Source: an uncultured candidate division Zixibacteria bacterium
GTDB lineage: Bacteria; Zixibacteria; MSB-5A5; RBG-16-43-9
Assembly: GCA_963713865.1 (NCBI GenBank)
Contig: OY970208.1
Coordinates: 576,001 to 640,000, forward strand
Reading direction: 5' to 3'
DNA: 64,000 nt
Position 1 is the first letter of the stretch. The number at the start of each line of letters is the position of its first letter. A model generated the notes under the pieces. It saw only the letters and a program-made list of their open reading frames with translations. It had not been told where the DNA came from and searched no databases. Below, in pieces: positions 39,995 through 50,449 of the stretch. Both the position numbers and the translations under genes were made by a program.

Positions 39995-41230
39995 ATGAAA
40001 AAGCTCTTCATTATAATCCCTGTCTTTGTGTTGATAATAACGCTTTTCTTTGTTTTTAAAGCTAAAAACAAAAAGTCTGAGGCAGCATTTCTTACTGCAG
40101 AAGTAACTAGGGGAGATATTACCATTATGGTAACTGCTACTGGAACTCTTGAGGCCATGACCACAGTTCAGGTAGGGAGTCAGGTCTCCGGAACCATATC
40201 CGCCCTTTATGCGGATTTCAATTCCCTGGTAAAAAAAGGACAGCTCATTGCCCAGTTAGACCCAACTTTTCTTAAAGCTCAGGTTGCCCAGGCTCAAGCA
40301 GATTTCGAAAGTGCAAAAGCCTCAACTGATCTTTCCAAAAAAGAATATGAGCGTTCCTTATCTTTGTTCCAGAAGAACATGATCTCCGAGTCTGAAAAGG
40401 ATAACTCTCTTAACAAATATGAGCTGGCTCAAGCTCAGGAAAAATCTGCCCAAGCTAGTATGGACCGGGTTAAGACTAATCTCGATTATGCCACCATAAC
40501 TTCTCCCATAGATGGAGTGGTTATCTCCAGGGATGTAGATGTAGGGCAAACTGTGGCAGCCAGCTTGCAAGCCCCCACTCTTTTCACCATCGCTAAAGAT
40601 TTAACCAGAATGAAGGTGAAAGCCAGCATAGATGAGGCGGATATCGGCAAAATAAAAGAAGGACAGGAGGTTATTTTTACCGTGGATGCTTATCCGGAAC
40701 AAAACTTTAAAGGAAAGGTAAGCCAGATAAGACTCTCCCCGGAAGTCGTGCAGAACGTTGTCTCCTATGACGTGATCATTGAAGTTTCAAATCCCGATCT
40801 TCTTTTGAAGCCGGGCATGACCGCTAATGTAACTGTACTGGTAGACCAGAGAGAAGATATCCTTAAGGTCCCTTCATCCGCATTACGTTTCCATCCATCC
40901 CTGAAGAAGAAAAAATCTTCCGGTGGATCCGGAAAGGCAGGTCCGATGGCTCGAAATATGTCTACCCCTGATTCCGGTACAATTATATCAAATTCTGCTG
41001 GTTTACGGATGGCAGGTCAAAATATGCTCTGGATTCTTAGCCAGCAGGAAAAACCTGAACCGGTTCCGGTTAAAATCGGGATATCAGACGGGTCTTACAC
41101 CCAGGTTATCTCAGATGATCTTAAAGAGGGTGATAAAGTCATTGTAGGAGAGAATAATTCAACATCTCCCTCGAATAACAACCAGGAGGTTAATCCCTTT
41201 GCTCCCAGGTTTGGCGGGGGCAGGAGGTAA
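39995..41230 (+). CDS. Efflux periplasmic adaptor (MacA-like membrane fusion protein)
   Basis: [55 protein letters not shown]. Confidence 0.92.
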   Translation: MKKLFIIIPVFVLIITLFFVFKAKNKKSEAAFLTAEVTRGDITIMVTATGTLEAMTTVQVGSQVSGTISALYADFNSLVKKGQLIAQLDPTFLKAQVAQAQADFESAKASTDLSKKEYERSLSLFQKNMISESEKDNSLNKYELAQAQEKSAQASMDRVKTNLDYATITSPIDGVVISRDVDVGQTVAASLQAPTLFTIAKDLTRMKVKASIDEADIGKIKEGQEVIFTVDAYPEQNFKGKVSQIRLSPEVVQNVVSYDVIIEVSNPDLLLKPGMTANVTVLVDQREDILKVPSSALRFHPSLKKKKSSGGSGKAGPMARNMSTPDSGTIISNSAGLRMAGQNMLWILSQQEKPEPVPVKIGISDGSYTQVISDDLKEGDKVIVGENNSTSPSNNNQEVNPFAPRFGGGRR

Positions 41231-41232
41231 AA

Positions 41233-41970
41233 TTGGATCAGCTGATCTCAACTCATAATCTGATCAAAATCTATCAGCTCGGCGATTTTGAAATTCAGGC
41301 ATTAAGAGGTGTAGACCTCTCTATTGATAGAGGTGATTTTGTAGCTATAATGGGCCCTTCCGGTTCAGGGAAATCTACTTTAATGCATATCATCGGGTGT
41401 CTGGATCGACCGACCAAAGGGAGTTATTTTCTCGAGGGGAAAGACATCTCCTCTCTGGACCGAAACAGTTTAGCTCAAATTAGAAACCAGAAAATAGGTT
41501 TTGTCTTTCAATCTTTCAACCTTCTGCACCGGACTACCGCCCTGGAGAATGTGGAACTGCCCTTGCTTTATAATAACAGCTCTCCTAAAGTAATAGCTGA
41601 AAAGGCTAAAAAGGCTTTATCCCTGGTGGGTTTAGAGGGGAGAGAAAATTCTTATCCTAATCAGCTTTCCGGCGGACAACAGCAGAGAGTGGCTATTGCC
41701 AGAGCTCTGATCAATAACCCTGCAATAATCTTGGCAGATGAGCCAACTGGAAATTTAGATACCAGAACCTCTATCGAGGTAATGGAGATGTTTCAATCCT
41801 TGAATGAAAGCGGCATCACCATCGTGCTCATTACCCACGAAAACGATATAGCCACCTATGCTAAAAGAAACATAACCTTCCGGGATGGAAAGATCGTAAA
41901 AGATGAAGCTGTCTCCAATCCCAGACAAGCTAAAACTGAACTTTTATCTTTACCCCAGGTTGATACCTGA
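41233..41970 (+). CDS. ABC transporter ATP-binding subunit (MacB/LolD-like)
   Basis: [32 protein letters not shown]. Confidence 0.95.
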   Translation: MDQLISTHNLIKIYQLGDFEIQALRGVDLSIDRGDFVAIMGPSGSGKSTLMHIIGCLDRPTKGSYFLEGKDISSLDRNSLAQIRNQKIGFVFQSFNLLHRTTALENVELPLLYNNSSPKVIAEKAKKALSLVGLEGRENSYPNQLSGGQQQRVAIARALINNPAIILADEPTGNLDTRTSIEVMEMFQSLNESGITIVLITHENDIATYAKRNITFRDGKIVKDEAVSNPRQAKTELLSLPQVDT

Positions 41971-42065
41971 GAAAGGAACAGAGAGGTAGCAAAAAGATGC
42001 TCTTTCTTTATTGGAATACTTTGAATATGTATAAACCGAAAGAGAAACATCAGAGGAGGTAGAAT

Positions 42066-42884
42066 ATGAGAAAAACTTATTTCCTGTATTTGTTAACCGC
42101 CATGTTGTTATTCCTGACTACTGTAACCAGTGGCAAGGAGACGCAATTAAATAGCATCTGGAAACAGGCAGAGATTAAAGTTGACGGTGATGAATCCGAA
42201 TGGTCAGGTTCGATGTATTATTTAGATGAAGAGAAAGTCGGCCTTGGTTTGCAAAATGATACGAACAATTTGTATATCATAATCAAGGCAACCGATCGAA
42301 ATACACAATTGCAGATAATGCGAGCGGGATTAACCATCTGGTTGGATGCAAAGGGAAAAAAGGAAAAGACCCTGGGAATACACTATCCCATTGGAATGCA
42401 GGATTATGGAATTCCAATGGTTATGGGACAAAAACCCGAGGAGAACAAAGAAGAAAGGCAAAAACAGTTTACGGAGATGACAGAGAAAATAGAGATCTTG
42501 GGTCCCGGAAAAAACGAGCGAAACAGAATTGCCAGGGTAAATAATTCCGGAATCGAAGCCTCGATCAACGATTCCCTGGGAATTATGGTCTGCGAACTCA
42601 AAATTCCCTTGAAACAGTCAAATGAGTTCCCTTATGCCATAGCTGCTAATGCTGGTGATATTATAAGCCTGGGACTGGAGACTGGTGAATTCAAACGAGA
42701 GAAAATGAAAGGAAATATGCCTAGGGGAGAGGGTATGCCTGGCGGTGGTGGAGGTGGGATGCATCCAGGTGGTAGAGGTGGTAGAGGTGGTATGCCAGGT
42801 GGCAGAGAAGGTATTAAAATGTCAGAGCCGATCAAATTTTGGACTAAGGTATCACTGGCGAGTGCCACAGTTAATAAAAATTAA
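42066..42884 (+). CDS. Secreted hypothetical protein with Gly/Met/Arg-rich low-complexity insert
   Basis: Signal peptide; VDG..SEW, ND..NLY, ELKIPL (DOMON/CBM9-like pattern). Confidence 0.65.
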   Translation: MRKTYFLYLLTAMLLFLTTVTSGKETQLNSIWKQAEIKVDGDESEWSGSMYYLDEEKVGLGLQNDTNNLYIIIKATDRNTQLQIMRAGLTIWLDAKGKKEKTLGIHYPIGMQDYGIPMVMGQKPEENKEERQKQFTEMTEKIEILGPGKNERNRIARVNNSGIEASINDSLGIMVCELKIPLKQSNEFPYAIAANAGDIISLGLETGEFKREKMKGNMPRGEGMPGGGGGGMHPGGRGGRGGMPGGREGIKMSEPIKFWTKVSLASATVNKN

Positions 42885-42963
42885 GAAATGTGTTAGGCTT
42901 TTAACTACCTGAAATTGAACTAATTACCAAGGTTTTTCTTTGGAACAATTTAAGGAATTAGAG

Positions 42964-44244
42964 ATGAAAAAAGGAGTATTTTTTGCATTCTGGGTAATAT
43001 TTTTCTTCTGGGCCGGTTTTTTAGCGCAAGCACAGGAGGTTCCCCCAAAAGTTCTCACCATCGATGATTGCGTGCAGATAGCCCTGAAGAACAACTTTGA
43101 AGCTCGTTCTGCCCAGGAGAATTATAAATCCGCCAGATGGGAGCTATTGGGTGGCTGGTCAGGTTTATTGCCCAGCCTTGGTCTTTCCTCGGGCTGGACG
43201 ATTCAAAATGCATTTCCGGAGAGATTAGATTATGATGAGTATCGTTTTAGTCTTGGAGTAAGCCAAACTATTTTTGACGGTGGTTCAAACTGGGCGAGTT
43301 TCAATTTGAGAAGAGCGGGAAAGAGGTCAGCCTGGGATGATTTAAAATTAGCAGAGAAATCTGTGGCATTGAGTGTAAAAGAGGGCTGTTATAATCTTTT
43401 GAAAGCTCAGATGCTGTATGACGTTCAGCAGGATGCAGTGAAGAAGAGTATCGAACAGCTCAACATGGCAAAAGCGAGGTATGATTTAGGCTCTGCCTCC
43501 CTTTCCGATTATCTTAAGGCAAAAGTGCAGTTGGGGAACGATAGTCTGAATTTGATTACTTATGCCAACAACGTGAAATTAACTGAAGCCAGCTTGAACA
43601 GCTTGTTAGGTATAGATATAAATACCCCCTTAGAGATAGATGCCAAGTTAGGATATAAGAAGCTGGAAGTTAACTTAGAAGACGAGACCAGGAAAGCATT
43701 AGGAAATCATCCGCAGATCGATAAAGCCGAGATGGGAGTAAATCAGGCTCATTCAAGCCTGACCATTGCCAGAGGAGGCAATTTCCCCAACATATCTTTC
43801 TCGGGCAGTTATTCCTGGGGTGGCTATAGATTTCCTTCAAGCCGGGATATAGAGAGAAGCGATACCTGGGGTATAGGGATAGGCATCAGTCTGAATTTAT
43901 TTGATGGCTTTACAACCACCTCCAGAGTTAGAAGTGCTAAGGCTCAGCTTAATTTAGCCAAAGAGAGCCTGAAGCAGAGCAGGAGGGATTTGGAATTAGA
44001 GATAAAACAGGCATTTTTATCAGTGAAAGAAGCAGAGCAAAAAATTCAATTGACAGATGATGCTTTGAAATCAGCCGAAGAGGATTTAAAGCTTACCCAG
44101 GAAAAATACAACTTAGGTGCGGCATCCATCTTAGAGCTTTTGGATGCTAATGTTTCCTACAAAACTGCCAAAAGTAACCAGGTTCAGGCCCTGTATGACT
44201 ATAATTTAGCTTTAGCTCAATTTGAAAAAGCTATAGATGAATGA
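42964..44244 (+). CDS. TolC-family outer membrane efflux protein
   Basis: LTIDDCVQIALKNN, LLPSL, RYDLG.AS, FP.ISFSGSY, KYNLG.ASILELLDA. Confidence 0.92.
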   Translation: MKKGVFFAFWVIFFFWAGFLAQAQEVPPKVLTIDDCVQIALKNNFEARSAQENYKSARWELLGGWSGLLPSLGLSSGWTIQNAFPERLDYDEYRFSLGVSQTIFDGGSNWASFNLRRAGKRSAWDDLKLAEKSVALSVKEGCYNLLKAQMLYDVQQDAVKKSIEQLNMAKARYDLGSASLSDYLKAKVQLGNDSLNLITYANNVKLTEASLNSLLGIDINTPLEIDAKLGYKKLEVNLEDETRKALGNHPQIDKAEMGVNQAHSSLTIARGGNFPNISFSGSYSWGGYRFPSSRDIERSDTWGIGIGISLNLFDGFTTTSRVRSAKAQLNLAKESLKQSRRDLELEIKQAFLSVKEAEQKIQLTDDALKSAEEDLKLTQEKYNLGAASILELLDANVSYKTAKSNQVQALYDYNLALAQFEKAIDE

Positions 44245-44266
44245 ATAGTTTAGAAGAGGTAGAGAT

Positions 44267-45484
44267 ATGAGATATTTACAGATTTTGAAAGTTGCCTATA
44301 AGGCTCTGGGCAGAAACAAGATGCGTTCCAGCTTGACTATGCTGGGTATAATAATCGGGGTAGGGGCAGTTATAGCGATGATGGGAATAGGACAAGGGGC
44401 AAAAAAATTGATCAATGACCAGATAGCTTCCTTGGGTGATAATCTTTTAACTATATTCCCGGGAAGTTTTATGAGTGGAGGTATTAGAGCTGGAGCCGGG
44501 ACAAGAACCTCTCTGACAGAAGAAGATGCTAAGGCTATTAAGGAGAACTGCCCTGCTGTTCTCAGGGTTTCACCAGAGGTTCGAACCGGAGCACAGGTCG
44601 TAGCAGGAAATCTTAACTGGGCAACTACCATTGAAGGATATTCCACAGATTTTCCTCTTATCCGTTCCTGGTCCCTCGCTTCAGGCACTTTTTTCACAGA
44701 GCAGGACGTAAAAGGAGCTACCAAAGTCTGTGTTTTAGGGAAAACTGTAGTTGACAACCTTTTCAGCGGGCAGGACCCGGTTGGCGAGATCATAAGAATA
44801 AAAAAACTTCCTTTCCGGGTTTTAGGGGTTTTATCCCCAAAAGGACAGACGGGCTTTGGACATGACCAGGATGATATAATTATTGTCCCTTACACTACTG
44901 CCCAGAAAAAAATTGCAGGTATAAACCATATTAATTCTATTATCGCTTCAGCTATAGACCGAACCAAGATCGATGTGGCTGAAGAACAAATAACCCTGCT
45001 CCTTCGCCAGAGACATAAAATCCTTAAAGCGGAGGACGATGATTTTACGGTCAGAAGTCAATTAGATATTGCCTCTGCAGCTGGCTCAACTTCTACCATA
45101 ATGACCATTCTATTGGGAGCTATCGCCTCTATATCTCTGATAGTTGGTGGGATCGGGATTATGAACATTATGTTAGTCTCGGTAACTGAAAGAACAAGAG
45201 AAATTGGTATCAGGATGGCAGTAGGAGCTAAATCTAAGGATATATTGACTCAGTTTTTAATTGAATCTATGGTTTTAAGTCTGATCGGAGGTTTGATTGG
45301 AATTATCTTAGGGATTTTGTGTTCAAAATTGATCTCACTGATCTTGCACTGGTCAATTTACACCTCAGTTCCTGCAGTAGTTTTATCCTTCCTTTTTGCC
45401 GGATTTGTCGGAGTTTTCTTCGGCTTCTATCCAGCCAGAAAAGCCTCCCTTTTAGACCCGATAGAGGCTTTAAGATACGAGTAA
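44267..45484 (+). CDS. MacB-like ABC permease
   Basis: RSSLTMLGIIIG, GGIGIMNIMLVSVTERTREIGIRMAVGA, YPARKAS.LDPIEALRYE. Confidence 0.95.
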   Translation: MRYLQILKVAYKALGRNKMRSSLTMLGIIIGVGAVIAMMGIGQGAKKLINDQIASLGDNLLTIFPGSFMSGGIRAGAGTRTSLTEEDAKAIKENCPAVLRVSPEVRTGAQVVAGNLNWATTIEGYSTDFPLIRSWSLASGTFFTEQDVKGATKVCVLGKTVVDNLFSGQDPVGEIIRIKKLPFRVLGVLSPKGQTGFGHDQDDIIIVPYTTAQKKIAGINHINSIIASAIDRTKIDVAEEQITLLLRQRHKILKAEDDDFTVRSQLDIASAAGSTSTIMTILLGAIASISLIVGGIGIMNIMLVSVTERTREIGIRMAVGAKSKDILTQFLIESMVLSLIGGLIGIILGILCSKLISLILHWSIYTSVPAVVLSFLFAGFVGVFFGFYPARKASLLDPIEALRYE

Positions 45485-45685
45485 AAGCGTTGCGTCAGGT
45501 TTTCTTTTATGTAGGGGCAGACCTCTGTGTCTGCCTCTTTTGTATTTGTAGGGATAGAATCTCGCCTCAGGCGGATTCTATCCTCTTTTTTTATTGGAAA
45601 ACCTCAGACGTCCAATAGTAGGGACGGGGTCACCCCGCCCAATAAATTACAGGGCGAGCCCGCCCTTTGGCGGGTCGCCCCTACT

Positions 45686-45724
45686 AACAAACGCCAAACT
45701 TACAAACTCCAAACTGTATTTCAG
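45686..45724 (+). repeat. Direct repeat copy 1 (CAAAC-periodic); copy 2 at 46428-46466
   Basis: AACAAACGCCAAACTTACAAACTCCAAACTGTATTTCAG vs AACAAACGCTAAACTTACAAACTCCAAACTGCTTTTCAG. Confidence 0.85.
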
Positions 45725-45790
45725 AGGCGGAACTGGTTGAAAACTATTTTTGATTTGTCAAACAGTCCGCCCAAGGCGGACATGCTTAAC

Positions 45791-46290
45791 CTACGAGCTG
45801 CGGTCGTCATAAATTTTTTGTAATAGATGAACATCCAAAAGTTTCCCAAATTTTCGACCAACTTCCCTCATAATTCCTATGTGCTCAAAATCCACCGATT
45901 CGTGAAGATGAATACTTGCTTTTCCATCCTCAGCCACTCTAGCTATTACTGTATGGAGGCCTACTTTTTGACCTTCCTGCATAATTGCTTCCAAAAGCTT
46001 CTTCCCAATTCCCTTGCCTTGAAATTCTTCCTTAACATAGAGTGAAATTTCAGCAGTATCAGAATATGCACATCTATCAGACCATTTGCTTAAAGACACC
46101 CAACCACAAGACCGTTCTCCTCTGCAACTAATATGGGATACTTAGTGCCATGATTTGAAAACCATGCACTCTGTTCCTTAAGAGTTTTAGGCTGGGTGTC
46201 GAAGGTGGCTACTGTTCTAACAATAGCTTCATTGTATATCTCTGTAATTCGATCCAGATCCTTTAGTTCCGCCTTCCTAATTCTCAGCAT
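45791..46290 (-). pseudogene. Phosphinothricin/methionine sulfoximine-type GNAT acetyltransferase, frameshifted
   Basis: ORFs 46090-46290 (IYN.AI..TVATFDT) and 45791-46099 (AY..TAEISLYV, QGKGIG, SIHLH, VGRKFG..LDV) join at VVG[WA]SLSKW with about 4 nt missing. Confidence 0.75.
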
Positions 46291-46503
46291 ATATACTCTT
46301 TAGATGATTTTAGTCCGCCAGAGTCGGAGCTGGTTGCCAACCCTTTTTGTTTTGTCAAGCAGGCTACGCCATGCTTGAACTACAAGATTAGAAGGGCAGA
46401 CAAAGGGGTCTGCCCCTACGAATTACGAACAAACGCTAAACTTACAAACTCCAAACTGCTTTTCAGTCCCGCCTGCGGTGGGATTTCCCCGATTTATCGG
46501 GGC

Positions 46504-47757
46504 TCAACACGGCGCTGGCCCGCTTTTGAAAAGATAGTTGATTAAATAGACTACATCGGTAACATTCACCTTCCCATCACAATTAACATCTCCATTTTCT
46601 AAAGGATTAGGAGTGGGCCCACCTTTGAAAAGATAATTGATTATATAGATCACATCTGAAACAGTTATCTGACCATCGCAATTAACATTCCCACGCTGGG
46701 GTGGCACTTCGGTGATTTCAAAACTCCCCACCTCTCCTTCAGCAGGCCAGTTGATGGAAACCGGATCGACTATAGAATACATAGTAGTTGGTCCCGCAGA
46801 TGAATGAACAGCAGTTCTGAAAGTCAAAGTGCCTGGACCAGATACATTGTAGAACATTCTGCAGTAGAGCCCACTATCACCTGGTAAAAGTCTGCTAGCT
46901 CCAAATCCAACCGCAACAAAAAGCAAGGGGTCCTCAGGTGGTCCAGTCTCGTTGACAATCTTCTGAGTAAAATGCCAAACTAGACTGGGTGGTTCAAATG
47001 CACCAGGATGCGCGTCCTGCCATCCTCCGGTTAAAATAGTATTCAAAACTGGGTTTGAGCTCCCTTCTGCATACAGGGCTACATTTAAATAAGTAACTAT
47101 ACCAGCTATACCAGCATCCTCGATTTCGACGTTGATATTCACCTGAACAACACTATCACAGGGGGAATACTCAAGATCTACCGGAACCAGAGAATATTCA
47201 TTCATTTTAAGGTTAAAACTATCAAGTGTCCCCTCAGAGGGCCAGTTAACAGGAGCAGGGGTAGAATCAGGCTTTAGCATACTCACCGAACCTGCAGTGG
47301 AATGAACTGCAGTCCTGAAAGTCAAAGTTCCCGGACCTGAGACCTTGTAGAACATTGTGCAAAAACGCCCAGTATCAGGAGGAAGTGGAGTAGCATCGTC
47401 ATCCGCCCTAAAAAGCAAAGGATCAGATGGGGGTCCATAGGGATTTATATATCTGGTTATGAAGTCTGAAACGACGCTGGGCACTGCAAAGGCTGGAGGA
47501 TTTGGGTCTCCCAAACCCCCAGTCAAGATTGTATCTAAAACCGGATTGGATGTTCCCTCTGCATACAAAGGAACTTGAAATAATCCGATAGTGTCACGGG
47601 TGTTGATATTTATGTTGAACTGAACAATGCTGTCATCCGGTGCAATTCGAAGGTCCACCGGTACCAGGGAATATTCATTAACCTGTGGAGAACCAAGCTC
47701 AGAGAAGAAAAGCACCAGAGAAGACACTAAAACAATTAATAGCAAATCTCTTCTCAT
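46504..47757 (-). CDS. Secreted protein: two cohesin-like beta-sandwich repeats + type I dockerin
   Basis: Signal peptide; NEYSLVPV..LYAEG.SNPVL.TILTGG..TLTFRTAVHS..NWP repeated twice; GNVNCDGQITVSDVIY.INYLF duplicated EF-hand-like motif. Confidence 0.75.
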   Translation of the reverse strand: MRRDLLLIVLVSSLVLFFSELGSPQVNEYSLVPVDLRIAPDDSIVQFNININTRDTIGLFQVPLYAEGTSNPVLDTILTGGLGDPNPPAFAVPSVVSDFITRYINPYGPPSDPLLFRADDDATPLPPDTGRFCTMFYKVSGPGTLTFRTAVHSTAGSVSMLKPDSTPAPVNWPSEGTLDSFNLKMNEYSLVPVDLEYSPCDSVVQVNINVEIEDAGIAGIVTYLNVALYAEGSSNPVLNTILTGGWQDAHPGAFEPPSLVWHFTQKIVNETGPPEDPLLFVAVGFGASRLLPGDSGLYCRMFYNVSGPGTLTFRTAVHSSAGPTTMYSIVDPVSINWPAEGEVGSFEITEVPPQRGNVNCDGQITVSDVIYIINYLFKGGPTPNPLENGDVNCDGKVNVTDVVYLINYLFKSGPAPC

Positions 47758-47824
47758 TTTCTTTCACCTCCATTTAAAATTAAAATCCTTTCAAACTCTA
47801 ATCTTATAAACTTTTAAACTGTAT

Positions 47825-48604
47825 TTAGCAGGGCGGTGGTGGTCCGCTTTTGAAAAGGTAATTGATTAGATAGATCACATCAGAAACGGTTACCTCACCA
47901 TCACAATTAGCATCCCCAGCTATTAAGGGAATTGGAGAAAAACCGCTCTTGAAAAAATAGTTAATTAGAAAAATCACATCTGAAACAGTTATCTGTCCGT
48001 CACGATTAGCATCCCCCGGCTGGATTGCTATAACCTCAAAACTGCCAACCTCTCCTGCAGGGGGCCAGTTAATGGGAACTGATGAACCATAATAATCGTT
48101 CATTATCACTGAACCACCAGTTGAGTGGACCGCAGTTCTAAAGGTTAAGGTTCCGGGTTCAGAAACTTTATAGAACATCCTGCAAAAAAGACCGCTGGCT
48201 GGAGGAGTAATACCTGCCTGTCCAAAATTCATAGCCAGAAAGTATAATGGGTCAGTGGGTGGCCCGTAAGGGTTAACAGTCGTTACGGAAAAATAATCAA
48301 CCAGGCTGGGTGGATAAAAGGCTGGTGGATATTCATCCATAAGACCACCGGTCAAAATTGTATCCAGAACCGGATTAGAGGTACCTTCCGCATACAGGGG
48401 AACAAAAAATGCCTTGATCATACCATACTCTTCAAAAAGCTCGATATGGATGTCAATCTCCACAGTCCCACCACTGGGGTAGATAAAAAGATTTACCGGA
48501 ACCAAAGAGTATTCATTAACCTGGGCAGTCCCAAGCTGGGAGAAAAGAAAAAACAGAGAAAAAATCAGTACCAGCAAAAGCATATTCTTTTTCATCCTCT
48601 TCAC
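47825..48604 (-). CDS. Secreted protein: one copy of the same repeat + type I dockerin
   Basis: Paralogue of 46504-47757; GDAN.DG..TVSDVI.LINY.FK twice. Confidence 0.75.
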   Translation of the reverse strand: MKRMKKNMLLLVLIFSLFFLFSQLGTAQVNEYSLVPVNLFIYPSGGTVEIDIHIELFEEYGMIKAFFVPLYAEGTSNPVLDTILTGGLMDEYPPAFYPPSLVDYFSVTTVNPYGPPTDPLYFLAMNFGQAGITPPASGLFCRMFYKVSEPGTLTFRTAVHSTGGSVIMNDYYGSSVPINWPPAGEVGSFEVIAIQPGDANRDGQITVSDVIFLINYFFKSGFSPIPLIAGDANCDGEVTVSDVIYLINYLFKSGPPPPC

Positions 48605-48875
48605 CTCCTGTAAAATTGATGAAAGAAGATTTTAAATAAGGCTATTGAAATGTCTCTTCAAATATTAAACTAATCTAAAAATACCATCTGTCAAGCAAAA
48701 AATCTGCAGGAATTATCCCCTCTCCTTTCAGGAGAGGGCCAAGGTGAGGTCTCACAAGTTGTAGCGGAGGTCTTCAGACCCCCATCGTTTCTAATTAAAA
48801 ACTATTGTTAAATTAATCCCAATTTAATTATATTCATTCTGTTTAATCTGCTGTGAAATTTTTGAGGAGAAACCC

Positions 48876-49847
48876 TTGTTTAAAATCTATAAAGATAAAG
48901 ACGCTACCCTAAAATATCTAAAAGGAAAAACTATCTCCATTCTTGGATATGGGAACCAGGGAAGGGCACAAGCTCTGAATTTAAGAGATTCAGGTTTGAA
49001 AGTGGTAATCGGACTTCCAAAAGGAAACCGGGATATAAAATCTGCCATGAAAGATGGTTTTAAGGTTTACACTCCGGAAAAAGTAGTAACAGAAGGAGAG
49101 ATAATTTCAGTCTTAGCTCCTGACCATATACATAAAGAGCTTTATGAAAAAAGCATCCAGAAAAATCTCTCTCCTGGAAAAACTTTAGTCTTTGCACATG
49201 CTTACAGCATTTATTTCAACCTGATAAAACCTCCTGAATTTATTGATGTTATCCTGGTAGCACCTCACGGTCCGGGTGAACTGGTGCGAAAACTTTTCTT
49301 GGAAGGAAAAGGTGTAACCTCATTTATCGCAGTAGAAAAAAATTATTCTGGAAAAGCATTAAAAAAATCCCTTGCCTATGCTAAAGGAATCGGCTCAACT
49401 AAAGCCGGGGCAATATTGACTACTTTCAAAGACGAAGCCATTGGAGACTTGTTTGGTGAACAAGCAGTTTTATGCGGAGGGCTCTCTGAGCTTTTGAAAT
49501 CCGGATTTGAAACTTTAGTAGAATCCGGTCTATCACCGGAAAATGCCTATTTAGAATGTGTCCATCAATTAGACCTGATCGTGGAGCTTATCAAAAAATA
49601 TGGCATAGCCGGGATGTTTAAAAAAATAAGCCGGACCGCAGAGTTCGGCTCCTATGTCTCCGGGAAAAGCGTCATTAACAAAAATGAAATGAAAAGAATT
49701 TTATCCAGAATAAAGAATGGAGATTTTGCTAAAAGATGGATAAAAGAATATGAAAGCGGAATGAAGAATTATAAGAAGATGAAAAAATCCTGGGAAACCC
49801 ACCTAATTCAGAAAACCTGGGAAAAATTGGATAGATTTTTTGTGTAG
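48876..49847 (+). CDS. ilvC: Ketol-acid reductoisomerase
   Basis: GYGNQGRAQALNLRDSG, FAH, DLFGEQAVLCGG, AYLECVH, SRTAEFG; TTG after GAGGAG. Confidence 0.93.
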   Translation: MFKIYKDKDATLKYLKGKTISILGYGNQGRAQALNLRDSGLKVVIGLPKGNRDIKSAMKDGFKVYTPEKVVTEGEIISVLAPDHIHKELYEKSIQKNLSPGKTLVFAHAYSIYFNLIKPPEFIDVILVAPHGPGELVRKLFLEGKGVTSFIAVEKNYSGKALKKSLAYAKGIGSTKAGAILTTFKDEAIGDLFGEQAVLCGGLSELLKSGFETLVESGLSPENAYLECVHQLDLIVELIKKYGIAGMFKKISRTAEFGSYVSGKSVINKNEMKRILSRIKNGDFAKRWIKEYESGMKNYKKMKKSWETHLIQKTWEKLDRFFV

Positions 49848-49950
49848 GGACAGAACAGTGTTCTGTCCCCACAGAATAAAACGGACAGCCATAAAGGCTG
49901 TCCCTACGAAATACCTTGCTTTTTAACAAAAAAGGTTTAAGTTTTGCGGG

Positions 49951-50427
49951 ATGGAATTACCTGAGGATAAAATCGTTTATCGCTATTTTGGAATCGAGCT
50001 GCGGATAGTTTTTTATCTTACTTCTTTTGTTTTCCTTTTGCTTTCCATGTTCAGTTTTAAATCCTTTTTCCTTTTCAGCCTTTTTTCTTTTTTGATCTTT
50101 ATCCTCTCAGCCCTGTTAACCTATCTGGACTATACCCGTCATCTGTTAATTTTAGACCGGGAGGGAATAAGCTTCAGCCGGTTTTTAACCAGGAAATCTG
50201 AAGGTGATCATTTATACTGGACAAACGTCCAGCAGATTACGACTCAGGAATATGGAATATTTAAGATTTTAAAAACAACCCGGGTGATCTCGGAAGGAAA
50301 AGAGATCAAAGTATTTTCTTTTATGGAGGACTATCCACATTTTTTAAAAGAGATCTTTGAGAAATCTAAAAATGCCGAAATCGATAAACTCACCCAAGAT
50401 TTACTTGGCGGGCAGGCAGATTTTTAA
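49951..50427 (+). CDS. Hypothetical membrane protein (2 TM + PH-like domain)
   Basis: Two hydrophobic helices then ..EGI....W..V. Confidence 0.55.
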   Translation: MELPEDKIVYRYFGIELRIVFYLTSFVFLLLSMFSFKSFFLFSLFSFLIFILSALLTYLDYTRHLLILDREGISFSRFLTRKSEGDHLYWTNVQQITTQEYGIFKILKTTRVISEGKEIKVFSFMEDYPHFLKEIFEKSKNAEIDKLTQDLLGGQADF

Positions 50428-50449
50428 AATTATTTTAAAAGGTCTATCT

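Noticed and set aside
42892-42899. GTTAGGC as an integron attC core
   Set aside because: No matching inverse core or hairpin, and no integrase
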